A stretch of 64,000 bases of DNA from Blastocystis sp. Blastoise (lineage: Eukaryota > Protista > Bigyra: Opalinata). The notes below the pieces were generated by a model. It did not search any database. It had not been told where the DNA came from and worked only from the letters and a program-made list of their open reading frames with translations. Shown here piece by piece: positions 31,023 to 46,230 of the stretch (position 1 is the first letter of the stretch; each line of letters opens with the position of its first letter). The stretch covers positions 1 to 64,000 of the forward strand of contig JBBPEB010000003.1 in the NCBI GenBank assembly GCA_039096225.1, in the 5' to 3' direction. The position numbers and the translations under genes are program-made.

Positions 31023-32798
31023 ACTTTTATTATCAAATCCAATGATATTCTATTTCTTTTATTATTTTTTATATTTATTATTAATATTTTTTTTTATTTT
31101 CTACTTTTTCAATAACCTTGTTCAAAATATTCACATTAGAATATATATAAAATAGTATGTGATACTTTAGGGTTTGTTCATTTGAATAAAATTATGTATA
31201 TAATAACTTCATCCTATCTAAAAGAAATGTATTTCATTATTCAAAATATACACATTTGTTCCCAATACTTTCATAACAAATACTTTTTTAGGTATATAAG
31301 AATCAAATATTTGAGAAACTATATATATATATAAATATCAAAGAGTTCTTTCAATATATATGATTCTCAATATCATTTTCTTCATCATTTATCATTACTC
31401 TATTTTCTATAGCTGTAAAAATATATAGTTTAAATGCAAGAAATTTTTTATAAGTATGAATTTTATGATACGTGACAAATCTCCATGAATTCAAGGATTT
31501 TTATCACATTCTTATTTCATTTTAATCACCGTATTTCAGATTTTATCATCATGTGAACAATATGTCATTAATTTCAGAAAAAAATAGATTAATATATAAA
31601 AATTATAAATGAAGAATTTGTTCATATTTTCTATTGAGTTTATTGTAGATATATTGAGTATTATACTCCAAAGTAATAATTCCAATCATTTAAAAAAAAT
31701 TAGTATCTCTTTGTAAAAATTCAAAATTTTTCAAAATTCAATTAAAGAAATGAATCAATCTATATGAATGAATAATCAGCTCAGTTAAAAAACTAACCTA
31801 TACTAATAACTCCATTGCTGTAATAGATATAAATAAAAAAAATCATTAAAAAAAAAGAGTCTTTGAGAGTTTAAAAAATGGTTGATCAATTTGACACTAA
31901 CAATTTATCTTATCATTAATTGGTCTATAATAGGATATTAGCCAATAATATACTGATTTTGAAGAAAGAATCCATGTAATATTAGTATGTTCCTAATGTG
32001 TTTTTAATTGATAATAAACAATTCCTATTATGTAGAATTGCATAGTTTCATAGATATTCAATATCTATCAATATATATTTCATCAGAGATTTCATTTTTC
32101 ATACTTTTGACAGTTATACCAAGAAATTTGTTTAAATAGTATCATTTTTCATTAGATGAGAATTAAATCTGATAAAATAAAATCACTGAGGAGTTCAGAA
32201 ATGCCAAAGAAAAAAAAGAACTCGTTTAAAAAAAATATAAATCAAAAGACTGGACTCAACACTATTTAGAAGCATATAATGACTCCAAGTAGATCTCTAT
32301 ATAATAACTGATATAATAGAACTTCATAAGATAAGTAACAAAAATGCAAAAGAATACAATTATAAAAAATGAAGAGCGAAATGAAAAGTAATTGAATAAG
32401 TGTTATAAAACTATTCTTTACCTTTTATAGTTTTAAATATCTCATTAAATTAAATAATTTTTATAAAGAAAACTCACTAAAATTACATACATAGAATGCT
32501 CTTCAATACTAAAGAGAGAGTGATTCTTTAAACGAAAATTCCAGAAAATTCTCAACTAAATAATCTCCATAAATGAAATTTTAAATTTTTCATTTAGCAA
32601 AACGTCTTAATACCGGATATTCATGGTTTATTCCATATTATTTCGGAAATTCTAGTTCTTATCATGGTTATTTAAGAAGACACTTTCTAAAAATACATAA
32701 AAACTCTTTTTGAGTTTATCTATACAAGATTTTTCTTATTTATATTTAAATTAGCTGTTATTAATAAGATATTAGATAATAGAAGACAAATAATTAAA

Positions 32799-34375
32799 AT
32801 GGAACCCGATTTATCAGTTAATGATCATTTCTTGATGTATACGTTATCTTCTGTATATGTGACTTATTTTTATAGTACAACGGATGCAAACAATGAAGTC
32901 GTTATTGGGAAAGTATAATCATTATGAATTATATGATTTCTTATTATTTTTTGTATAGATTCTTAAAGGTCTTTCTGGAAAGAAATTTCAAGGTATTTCT
33001 TCTAAATAGCTATTTGTTTGACTACTCGAATAGGTTGTGAGTATATTCCAATAAATAGAAAGAGTAAAGAACCTTTAACAGTTGCTTCAAATTTGTATAC
33101 AATTATATCTCCAGAAGTACGTTAATTTTTTAAATTTATGAGTATATATAAATATATTTAGAATGAAGATAAGTGTCATGTAATATTGAGTCAATGTACA
33201 AACAAAGATACCATTAGTCAAGTAGATTTTATTCTTGCTCAACAAATTAATAAAGAAATGCAAGAAGAATCCAAACGTCGTATATTATATATAATTATAT
33301 ATATATAAATTATTATATGAATGATTCTATTTTATGATTAGCCATTCAATCTGTTTATCGACGAGATGATAATGAACAAAATAGTATTAATTCTAAACAT
33401 GGTATAATAATATGATTCAATATGAATATAGTTCTATTTAAATATAGATTCTGAGAAATCTCAATCAACATTACAAGGTGATCATTATGATAATTATTCT
33501 CAAAGTCATGAAGATAATTCCAGTATTAGTCCTTACGAGTCTGTTTATTATGATAAAAAATCAAGTAATTCAAGTAGCAAGAGATCTATGGATTTTAGTG
33601 TTCATAATCTGTATGTATATATATATATATATGATTTATTTATTCATAGTTTCAATTGATGTATATTTCATCAATATAAAAGAATAATATTATAAATTAG
33701 ATATATAGTAATAGTTATTATTATTATTATAATATATAGTCGTCGTCATATTGGATATAATCATATAAATCAAGTATGATATATATATATATTATATTTA
33801 TATATATTGTTAATAGAAAAAATGTATTTATTGTTCTCAATATATTGATTATTATCCTTATGCCATCACATGCTCTATATGTCGAAATACGTATATATAT
33901 ATATATATATATTATTATTTGATAAGGAGGCTTTATAAGTATATATATGTGTGTGTTTTTATTATTTGAAATTTTATTTATAATGATAAATGTATTCTTT
34001 TGATGAATATATATATATATATATATAAATTAACTGTAATTTAGTATTGATATATTATGAAAATGACTTAGAGTAAATATGATAGAATGATTCATTGAAT
34101 ATATAGTATATTAATAATCTTAGTATATAAGCATCAATGATAAGAGTATAATAATATATATATATAAATTGGAATTAACAATAATATTATTTAAAATATT
34201 AATGAATAATTATTATATGAATAATAATAATATAGATATGATAATATTATAGGGCTATGATAGATTCTATATATGTTATGAACAATATAGTTGAATAGAG
34301 ATATAATAATAATAATATATATAGTTGAATAGAGATATAATAATAATAATATATATAGTTGAATAGAGATATAAT

Positions 34376-34456
<81 letters not shown>

Positions 34457-35777
34457 TCATCGTAAATGTACTTGGGGTAGTTATTATATGGATGAAAATA
34501 ATGATCGATTCTGGAAGTGCAATCGATGTATTGTGGATACATTCGTTTATATATATGATCCACATATTCTAAAGTATTTATATATGTTTTATATTATATA
34601 CATGCTATATATATATATATATATATAGATATCGATATGCTAAGATAGATCGATGTCTTGATCATACACATATAGTTAAATTTCAGTATATATATATATA
34701 TAATTATACTCTATACATATATATAGAGATACATTAGAAGTATATGAATATGATTTGAGTCAATATAAAGTGGTAAGAGAAGAAATGAAAAATAGAATTA
34801 AAGATAATATATATGTATATATATATATATTGTTTATAATATCTTTATATATTAACTATATAGGAAAAACCTGTTGTTCCACATACCATGAATATTCAAG
34901 TTGTATATATATATATATATTATATATATTATATATTATATATATATATATAGTTAACCTTTAATAGTTGTTTATTTCATAATCCAAAAGAACAAGTAGA
35001 TCAAATATTTACTAGAAGGTATATATATTATATATATATTATACATCTATATATAGATGGAATCCTCGTAATTATATTGAGTGTTTAGTGAAATTATCGA
35101 ATAAGAGTATATTAGAGTCCGTTTGGATCCCTCAGTATCAGATTCCCATGAAAACAGAAGATATTCTGGGGAGATATTTATTAAATAATGGATTAAAAAG
35201 TGATGTCTGGAGGAAAACTATTTCTAGAAGAGAAGTATATATATATTATTATTCATTATATATATATATTTATAGGAGACATATAATCAAATTGAGTTTT
35301 CTCCGTTACTTTTACCCGCGTTTCAATTGGAGGGAATTCTTGAAGAACAAACTGCCTGCTGTATTTGTAAGAAGAATGACCATCCTGAAAAGAATTTATT
35401 ATGTGAGATATGTGACTCTGAATATCATATTTATTGCCTTAATCCTCCTCTACGAAAAGTACCTGAAGATAGTTGGATATGTGATGATTGTAAACGTAAT
35501 CCGGACAAACACAATAAATATCCAAAGGGGTGTTATTACACCGTACGATTCATGAACCAATCAGAAACAATCATTGACAGTGCACTCTTAGCGTATATAT
35601 ATACTATACTATACTATATTATATTATATAATATATATTATATTATATTATATTATAGATCTTATCCTTATGGACGAGAATTGATATATATGTATCGACG
35701 TCATGATGAAGAATTCGATGATAAAAAGGCTATTGATGAAGGAAGTGAAGATAAACGTATATATATATATATATATA

Positions 35778-35834
<57 letters not shown>

Positions 35835-36292
35835 GCTATACCTACTCTACCTCCTCTTCAATCGACTATTCGAAATACACTTTTTACGGGGAATGAGCTT
35901 TTCCGCGGGAATCGAAAGGTTTTCAATAATCAAGTATACTTCTACTAAATATAATATATATATATAGGTACCTATTATATCACGTTTACTTCAAAGTTTA
36001 TATACTTATAAACATACTGCATTGTTATATTCACCAGATTCTACTTATAGAATATCTATTGTATATATATATATAATTGACTCTTATTCTATATATATAT
36101 AGGCTGTTGTATTATATTATTTATTTAAGAATCACGTGCTTAATGAATCTGTGTTACTACTCGTAGATGATGACGCACTGAGGGAATGGGAATTAATATT
36201 AAAAAAGTGGACCACTTTAAAAGTGAAACGATTATGTATATTATTATTATTATTATGTATATTATTATTATTATTATTATTATTATTATGTA

Positions 36293-36336
<44 letters not shown>

Positions 36337-36520
36337 ATATAGCTGAGAATGCAGGTGCTCGTCGTGACGAATGGCGTGATATTTGTGGCGATGTTGGTGC
36401 ATATATATTATGTTCTATGGATATTATTATAGGTAGTAATAAGATGATGAAGAAGAAGAGTTCAATTGATTTACATTATATATATCATTATGGATGGGGA
36501 TTACATATTGTTGATAATTA

Positions 36521-36589
<69 letters not shown>

Positions 36590-38487
36590 GTCTTGGAGGT
36601 ATAACAGAAAAGGAAATTGTTGATTTAAAACAAGTCAAATTAGCTGATGATGAATGTCACTATGATCGGTTTTTGCTAATGCAATCAGTAGATACCTATA
36701 GTACTTCTACTTCTCCTGCTATATATCCAATTAAAGAACTATTTAAATGGATAGATGGTCGAGATGAAGATGAAATCCCCGCGGGAACTGGAGACATGAT
36801 CCCTATTGAGGAGGGTCGTCGAGAACAGCGAAAACGATGGAAATTAGCTCTTGATTCAGATATTAATAAGGCAGGGAAGGTATTTATTATGTTTATATAT
36901 TTATTATTATAGTTATTATAATTCTATTTATTATAATTATTATAATTCTATTTATTATAGTTATTATAATTCTATTTATTATAGTTATTATAGTTCTATT
37001 TATTCTATTTATTATTTATTTTATATAGAGTCAAATAGAGACTGTTTTCCCTCCAATTACTATAATCGAATCTGTATATATATAAATATAATATTATTCT
37101 ATATAACTATTATACTATATTATATACTTGAATACATATGTTAACCTTACTGTATAGCCTGAGCGTGATAATGCACTTATTCACGATTATTTCGTTCCTT
37201 GCTATATGTCTCAATTACAGGAATATGCCTTACAATCCATGTATACGCGATATCGATATATTCTTAATAGAAAGTATGTAATTATTACTAGTATTATAAT
37301 CATAATAAAAGTAATATTAATTATTATTATATAATCATAATAAAAGTAATATTAATTATTATTATATAATCATAATAAAAGTAATTTTAATTATTATTAT
37401 ATAATCATCATAAAAGTAATATTAATTATTATTATATAATCATCATAAAAGTAATATTAATTATTATTATATAATCATCATAATAATCATATTATATAAT
37501 CATAATAATAATCATATTATATAATCATAATAATATATTCTATAGAGATTGTAGTAAAGAAGATGAAGAGAATATTTCGTCGTTATATACGGAGTTACTG
37601 AAGGCATATGATCATCCCTTTTTGATTGGAGGAATAGAGTATATTATCAATGAAGAATTCAAACAGAACAGTTGGAAAGATAATTTCTTTTATTCTTCTG
37701 GAAAAGTTGAAATGCTGACAAATATTATACATCGACTGATGTCTGTATATATATAATATATATATATAATATATATAATATATATAGTATAAAAAGAATA
37801 AGTTGGTTGTGTATAGCCGTGATAATATGATGAATAAATTATTATATAAATACTTTAAATTATCATCTTTCTCTACTTACATGTATATATAATAGTAATA
37901 ATAAATTGTTATTATTATTATTATATATATATAGTTTACAAGGAGTTCATTCTCTAAGTGAATATGTGGATATTATTCACCAATTTCAGCAGAATTCAGC
38001 CTTTTCTCTGCTTATTTTAGGATGTATATGCCCAAGTATAAATCTACCACTTGATTTTGTTGATGAAGTATATATATAATGATTATTATCTTATTATATA
38101 TATATATATATATAGATAGTATTATATGATAGTGATTGTGTTCCTTCTTTTGATATTAATGGACTTAAAACTACTTATAACATTGGAACTTTATTTGTAT
38201 ATTAATATACTTATTATACTTATATATTTATTATACCTATAGAGTTGTAATATATATCGTTTGACATGTGTTGGTACTACGGAGACACTTGTTTTTGACC
38301 CGCGGGAAAAGCTGCGAACTATAAATGATAAGATGTTAACAGGTCAAATGCAGTCGCTTAAAGAAATACTTTTGTATATATATATATATTGTTATGATTA
38401 TCTCTCATATCAATATTATATGTTTTATAGACGTTGTTCCATGTGTTTAGAATCAAAAATATATAAAGATTTTATAAAAACAGTATA

Positions 38488-38518
<31 letters not shown>

Positions 38519-39699
38519 TATTCATATATATATATATATATATATGCATAGAAAACCAATGAGAAAGCCGCCTTCATTGAGTTTTATTTATTAGATTCGA
38601 TGACACACCTCCTTCCAGAAAAAACTTATCAAATACTTGTATCTATTATTGTTATTGTTATTGTTATATTTATTGTTATTGTTATATTAATTGTTATATT
38701 TATTGTTATTGTTATTGTTTATTTATTGTTATTGTTATTGTTATATTTATTGTTATATTTATTGTTATATATATATAGCATAGTGCCTTACCATTATATG
38801 TATTAGAATCCCTGCCTATTGATATAAAGCCCCTCACTTCCCTCCAGTCGCTTCCCGCGCAGTATCTATTGGAAGCTATCTGGAGTGGTATATATATATA
38901 CATATATTATTATTATTATATTCTAATACATATTATTTATATACACATATATTAAAATAATAATAATCTTCTGTATATAATAGCTAAAGATGCCCATACA
39001 TTCAATAATATATATACAACTCTTTTCTCATTTCTTCCGGATTCAATTATTAAAGATGATTTTGTAAGTCCTCCTACATCTGATTCTCCCACGGTTCTTT
39101 CCTATTTCCTTTATGAATATGTTATTAGTCAATTCCTTCTGTATTCTTATCCTTATAATGCTACACATATATCTATTGAAGAAACATCCAAAAACAGAAA
39201 AACACCCAAACAATTCCAAGCAAAAACCCCGCGGGAAAAAATGGATAAGGAATCACTTGCTACTATTGTATATCTATATATGTAATTTATATATTTAAAA
39301 AGTTATATTTATTTTATAATAATAATATTTTATTGTATTCAAATTAATATATTCTAAAACATATATTATTTATTCTATTCAAATTAATATATTCTAAAAC
39401 ATATATTATTTATTCTATTCAAATTAACATATTCTAAAACATATATTATTTATTCTATTCAAATTAATATATTCTAAAACATATATTATTTATTCTATTC
39501 AAATTAACATATTCTAAAACATATATTATTTATTCTATTCAAATTAACATATATATAGTGTGGTAAGTTGACTGTATCTTTATATAAATGTCGTGATGTT
39601 TTGAATTATCGTATATATACGAATGTTCCTTATTCGGATATTTTTGAAATGATTCTTTTCCGTAAGATCCATCGCTCTTCTTCTATAGAAAAACAATAA
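32799..39699 (+). CDS. CHD3/Mi-2-like protein (PHD, chromo-like, PHD, degenerate SNF2 ATPase), probable pseudo-ATPase
   Basis: PHD CCICKKND...LLCEICDSEYHIYCLNPPLRKVPEDSWICDDC; chromo-like ECLVKLSNKSILESVWI; HelicC-like SSGKVEML...LVVYS...IVLYDSD...IYRLTCVGTTE. The TAA is at 39697-39699. Confidence 0.75.
34381..34452. repeat. (TA)n microsatellite directly abutting a 3' splice site
   Basis: Pure TA run ending in TAG. Similar runs occur at about 24199-24262 and 36525-36586. Confidence 0.95.
37301..37475. repeat. 35-bp tandem repeat inside an intron
   Basis: Unit CATAATAAAAGTAATATTAATTATTATTATATAAT, about 5 copies. Confidence 0.85.
39341..39550. repeat. 40-bp tandem repeat inside an intron
   Basis: Unit AAATTAAYATATTCTAAAACATATATTATTTATTCTATTC, 5 copies plus a partial copy. 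Confidence 0.9.
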
Positions 39700-40087
39700 A
39701 TATATATATATATAAATCATTTAATAAAAACTATAACATAATAGCTAAAAAAGATTATATGGGTATATAAAATAAATTATATATATACACTTGTTTATTT
39801 ATTTGTATCATAATTATATATTAATTTAAAATGTTTGAGTTATAGCAAAATAGTTTGTTTTTTTTTTAATTTCTCTATATAAACTTCACGAATAAAAATA
39901 TATATATGATAAACAAATATTTAATCACTCTTCTAAAAATAATTTCTGTTCTAATCATATAAAAACTAATAAAAAAACAAAACATTCATTGAATTTATGA
40001 TTTTTTAATAAATAAAAAGAAATAAAATATAAATGTTTTCATTAAATAGAGAAAAGAACAAAATATGCAATCATCAACTAATATTAT

Positions 40088-40252
40088 TTAGTGTTGACGA
40101 GTTTTTCTGTTATGGAAGAAGTTATATGTCCATTCTCCAGCACAATAAATAGCAAAGATACCAACAGCATACTTGAATCCAGGGAAAGATTGACGAATCT
40201 TAGGTTTTACCATAGGGTGGTTTCTCCAAGCATCATAATTACCAAAAACCAT
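40088..40252 (-). CDS. NDUFB3: Complex I accessory subunit NDUFB3 (B12)-like, 54 aa
   Basis: MVFGNYDAWRNHPMV...RQSFPGFKYAVGIFAIYCAGE matches the plant/protist B12 pattern D-x-W-R-x-H-P-M...PG followed by a TM helix. Confidence 0.85.
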   Translation of the reverse strand: MVFGNYDAWRNHPMVKPKIRQSFPGFKYAVGIFAIYCAGEWTYNFFHNRKTRQH

Positions 40253-40521
40253 TTTGATTAACTCAAATTTGATTTCAAAAGAAAGAAGAATAATATATTC
40301 TAATAAATCTCTGATTAGAGTATACAAAGAGTTCCACTGTTTTTTAAGAAAGGCTATATTTAGCGGAGTGATCCGTGATTATTTGTGAGAATCTGCACAT
40401 AAATATATATAGGGAATACCGAGATACAGTAGTTCCCACGAATATTTCGTTTTTTTTTTGTTTTTTTTAAATATTCTTTATTGAATTTATACTCTTTATA
40501 TCATATAGTTTAATTAATAGT

Positions 40522-42135
40522 ATGGATAATTCTGTAGAAAAGGAGCAATTATTAGCAAAGAAAACACAATATCAATCTCAACTTGAAAAGGTTGAAGAAC
40601 TTCTTAAGACAAATCCAGATCCAAAATTACATCAATTAAAAACTCAAATGATTGAGTTTATTTCCATGGTTGACTTATCGGTATACAAATATTTATTATT
40701 TTTTTTTTGCTATATATATATATTTTTAGAATTTACTTTTTAATATATATGTATATAATATTATTAATGATTTATATGTTTTAATATATAGTTAGCCAAG
40801 TTAAATCCTGTTAAAGAAGAAGTTAGACGTATATGATTATGTGTTATAAATTCCTTGAGTTTATATTAATTAAATATATGTATATATATATATAGCTGAA
40901 ATAAAATCTGAAGATGGTAATTGGGAAATTGGTGATGAATGTGAGGCTTTATTTGCTGATGATGGATTATATTATCCAGGTATATGATGATAATAATAAT
41001 AGTCATAATTATTATTTTCATTATTCAATATTATATAAATAGTTTACTATTATGTATATATATAGCTATCATTAGTGGTAGTGATGAATATAGTTCTGAT
41101 TTAACTGTTACCTATGTTGGCTATGGTAATTCTGCTCAAGTAGAATTAAAGAATATTCGAAAACCAACTCAAAAATGGGATGATTCAGAACCCATGGATA
41201 GTAAAGATATTAAAGTATTTATATATTTAGTTTTTTTTTATTTGTTTTATTATTATTTTATTATTATTTTATTATTTTATTATTTTTTTATTATTATTTT
41301 ATTATTATTTTATTATTGTTTTATTATTATTTTATTATTATTTTATTATTATTTTATTATTATTTTATTATTATTATATTATTTTATTATTATTTTATAA
41401 TTTTTTAATAATTATTTTATTATTATTTTATTATTATTTTATTATTTTATTATTGTATTCCAATAATAATAATAATAATACTATATATATAATAGGTAGG
41501 AATAGATTGTCGTGTTCGTTATATTCGTGACGGATGTTTACATGATGCTGTTATTGATACTATTATTAATGAAAAAGTTAGAGTCTATTATAAAAAACTA
41601 AATATATATGAAACTGTCCGAATGAAAGATATAAAGTATATTTATTTACTTTTTTCTTTATTTTTACAAAATAATTACATATATATAATGTTTTCTGTTT
41701 TTAGAGAATATATATATATACTTCTACAGTTATATGATTTATAATTATTATTTTATTTTATATATAGAAAAAAGAAGGTAGATAAAAAGACAATGGATCC
41801 CTTCGAAGCTTGTAAAATACTGCCAACAGACAGTGCTCATGTTCAAAGACAAAAGAAAAAAACCCTTCGTCAATTAAATTATCAAAAGGAAATTAAAGAG
41901 CAAGAAGATATTTTTAAAGAAAAACAAAATAGTTGGAAGAATTTTCAAAAGAAAAATGAAAAGAAAAAAACAACTACAGGTTATTTTATGGTTCGTATGT
42001 TTATTCTTTATTATCATTATATATATAATATATATATAATATATATATTATATAGCTGTCAATAAAGAATCTCGTGCTGCTACGAATGAAAAGACTATGA
42101 CTCCTTTTCCTGAAAAGAAACGTGTTTTCTTTTAA
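40522..42135 (+). CDS. SMNDC1: SPF30/SMNDC1-like splicing factor with tandem Tudor domains
   Basis: N-terminal YQSQLEKVEELLKTNPD; Tudor WEIGDECEALFADDGLYYPAII...VTYVGYGN; C-terminal KILPTDS...KQNSWKNF. Confidence 0.8.
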
Positions 42136-43193
42136 ATTATTTTTTTAAATACTCATTCACATTATATTTTTTTAAATTGTTTTGTTTTTTTCCTAATAAT
42201 GATAAATATATATTCTATGATATATATATATATACAAAAACAATAATAACAAAACTAGTAATAAATTAAAAATTGTTTACCCCATAATCTAAAATTCTAT
42301 AAACAAAATTATATATAGATTCAATATATAGTATGATAAAATAGTATATAATGATAAAGATAGAAAAATAGAACAAAAGGCTAAACGAACAAAGTCTATG
42401 AGTATTATCCATATTTCACTGAATTTGTTTGAGTATAGTCAAATGAGCAGTTAATCTATTGCACATACAAGATGATTATATAAAACAACAAATAATATAG
42501 AAGTAAAAATATGCAAAAAAAAATATAGAATCGCTATTAAAAAAAAATTATATAAAGTGTAATTATATTTTGGTATATGTTGTAAATATAAAAATTAATT
42601 AAAAAAAAATAAATTAATTTAAAAATATATATAAATTAATTAAAAATAAATAAATAAATTAATGAATCCCTAACATATATATATATACAAAAATATAAAT
42701 TATATATATATATGAAGTAAAATAGAAGAAAAAGATGAGATAATATAATGATATTCACCTAAGATACCAATATAGAAAAATAGAAATAATCATATTATAA
42801 TAGTAACAAAAAAAAATACATATATAACTCGAATAAGCAAATAAAATAAGCAAAATAATTAATTATAAACTAATTGATCAATCTAAAATATAAATATATA
42901 TATTATAACTTTTATAATAAATAGAGTTTTAACTAAAAATAAGAGTAACAAATATATAAATAAAATTTATATGTATAAATATCTATATACATTATAAAAA
43001 ATTATTATTATTATATTTATATATATATATGTAAATTAAAGGAATTAAAAATAATAAAAATATAGAAAAAATAATTTAAATTGATTATCTATAAATATTA
43101 TATCTACAATGATTTCAAAAGAAATATCCAGCTAGTTAATAATAATAATATATATTCTTATTTTTCTCTCTCCTCCTCTTCTTCTTCTTCTCT

Positions 43194-45875
43194 TTATTGA
43201 GAATAAGTATAATTAGAATATTGACTAGGTGTCATATAAGGTTGTTGATAACCTCCATATATAGCAGGATAACTAGACATAGAATTTGTAGCTTCACTTT
43301 GTTGAGTAGTAGATGGACTAGTATTAACGTTCATATCTACAGGTTTAGTTTCTTGAGTATAAGCAGTATTTGTATTAACAGGAGAACCATTAGTAGTATT
43401 AGAAGGAGTATTTGAAGCATTAGTAGGAGAAGAAGCATTAGGTCCAGACATAGTATTGTTATTATTATTATTATTAGTATAATTAGACATAGAATGATTC
43501 ATAGTAGCATTATTATAACTACTCATAGAATAATTACTAGTAGGAATTTGTTGATAAGAAGATTGAGTATATCCATAATTGAAATTATTACTAGAAGGAT
43601 TAGCATATTGATAATAACCAGTATTATTATAAGTGTGGAAAGCAGAGGAATAAGCCATAGAATTATTATTACTCATCATTTGATTGTTATTATTACTTTG
43701 AGCAATAGTAGAATTAATTTGATCTGGAGTACTGTTCATAAAACGCTTTATTAATTCACTATAATATATATATAGTTATTTATTATTAAATAATTAATAT
43801 ATATATATATTTATAATAAAAATATAATAAATATAAATAATTAATATATATAAATATTTATAATAAAAATATAATAAATATAAATAATTAATATATATAT
43901 TTATAATAAAAATATAATAAATATAAATAATACATACAGAGCTTTTTCGATATTAGCGACTTCACCAGTAATAGTCATTTCTCGTTCCTTAGCAGTAGGA
44001 AGTACTTCATCTTTCTTTTGAACTTGAATATGAGTTTGAGTATCATTGACAACAAAACGAATGATATTACCACCCTTACCAATCACTTTACCCGTGGATT
44101 CTAAAGGAACAGCAATCTTAATTTCACCAGTAGCAGCACTACCGGTTAATACACGATAATTAATGTCTTGCTTAGCAGGCATATTATTGGTATTGTTATT
44201 ATTATTACTGTTATTCTGATAATTATTATTCTTATTATTTTGATAATTATTATTTTGATAATTATTATTGTTGTAATGATTGTTATAATTGTTATTATAA
44301 TAGCCATTTTGATTATAGCCTTGATTATTCATAACAGGAGTATTTTTTAGTTGTTCAGGAGCTTCAAGGAGTTTCTTAGCTAACATGCCTAAAGCCTTTA
44401 CAACCCATTCAGGTTTACCTGTCAAAATAACAGGACGTTCATTAATATAATTAGGATAATTTTCCTTTTGAAGAATCTTAACATGAGCCTTCGTTTCCTT
44501 GTTAATTTCACGAATATTATCACCATTTCTACCAATAATAAAACCAATTAAAGAACTATGTAAAGCTAATTTCAATACTATAATCTCAGTATCAACAACA
44601 CCAGAGGAAATTCCTTCTTGAACAATAGATTCAATAGTAGCTTTAGCTTCACGTACTTTATCACCAGCACCACTTAAATCGATAGCACGTACGTTTAAAC
44701 CACTAACAACATCCTTTTCTAAAGATAATTGAATCTTACATTGAGATTGATCAGCAATTTCCTTAATCTTGGCACCTCCTTTACCAATAACAAGACCTAC
44801 AGCTCCATGAGGAATAAGCATACGTATAGCTAATTGATCGTTATATTCCTTAAGATCAGTACCATTCACATGACTCATAATAAGATCCTTTGCAGCCTTG
44901 ACACTCTCTGCGTCACCAGCAATACGAACTAAACGACAAGGAGATTGAGGAATAGCATCAATGTCATTAGTAACACGAATCTATATTCATTTATATATAT
45001 AACTCATATTCAAATATTTATTTTCTTTTTTAAAAAATCAATTATATATAATTATAAAAATGAATATTAATTTTATAAAAAATACAATAATAAATAAATA
45101 ATAAATAAATAATAAAAAAATAATAATAAAAAAATAATAATAAAAAAATAATAATAAAAAAATAATAATAAATAAAAAATAAAAAAAAATAATAATAATA
45201 AAATAAAATATACTCTAGTATGAGTTTCATCAGCAATAGAACGAATACCTGATCCAGATTTACCAATAAGTTCACCAACATTTTCAGTAGGAATAACAAT
45301 ATCTAAATCAAAGTTAGGTTCCTTAGCAATTTCAAATTCAACAGAAAGCTTAGGAATAACAACTTCAACAGCTTTTTCAATATTCTCAACACTACCTCTA
45401 ATAACTAAAGGACGATCATATGTTGTAGGAAAAACTTCAGTACCATCATCAAGTTGCATAGTAACATGGCAATTATTCTAATTTTAAAAAAAAAAATATA
45501 TATATATTATTATTATTATTTTTAATTTAATTTTGTTAAAGAATAGTCTTTAATGTAACATAGAATAATAATTAAAATACTAATATATAATAAAAACGAA
45601 ATTATATAAATAAAAATTAAAATAAAGATTAAATCAACAAAAAATACTTGAATTTCTTTAATAACAGATCCACTTCTTCCAATAACAGGACCACAAGACT
45701 TTTGATGAATACAAAGTTTAATGTCAACGATGGAACTAGTGCGTCTTTGTAAATCAATTCCTTCTTCTTCTTCTCCCTTATGCTTATAAGCAGTATTATT
45801 CTGATGAGGATAGGAGATAAACTTAGAAGGTTGCATTTCTTGACGTTGGGTTGTTGTTTGTTGAGGATATTGCAT
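43194..45875 (-). CDS. RNA-binding protein with five KH domains and an N/Q/Y-rich low-complexity tail
   Basis: Five GxxG KH motifs (VIGRSG, LIGKSG, VIGKGG, IIGRNG, VIGKGG). Three GT-AG introns. Confidence 0.9.
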
Positions 45876-46230
45876 TTATATTTATAATAAAAAATATAGA
45901 TAATACAAAAAAACAAAAAAATATATGTAAAAAACAGTTCTATTCGTAGAATGAATGCCTCAGATGATGTTTAGTGATTCATGAAACGAAGAGAAATGCA
46001 TTGAAGATCATAGTTATTCCTTTTATTTTTTTCTTGGTTTTTATTCAAATAAAAAAGTCAAGAATTTTTTTTCTGTCACCCATCAACCAATCATTTGTGA
46101 TATATATATTTTTTACTTTTGATATAGATAATAAATGTCATACTCTTTCTCAATAGGGAATTTTTTACTCTGTTTTGATCAAAACAACAAGCTATAGTTA
46201 TATTTTGCTATATTTATATAAATAGAGATA

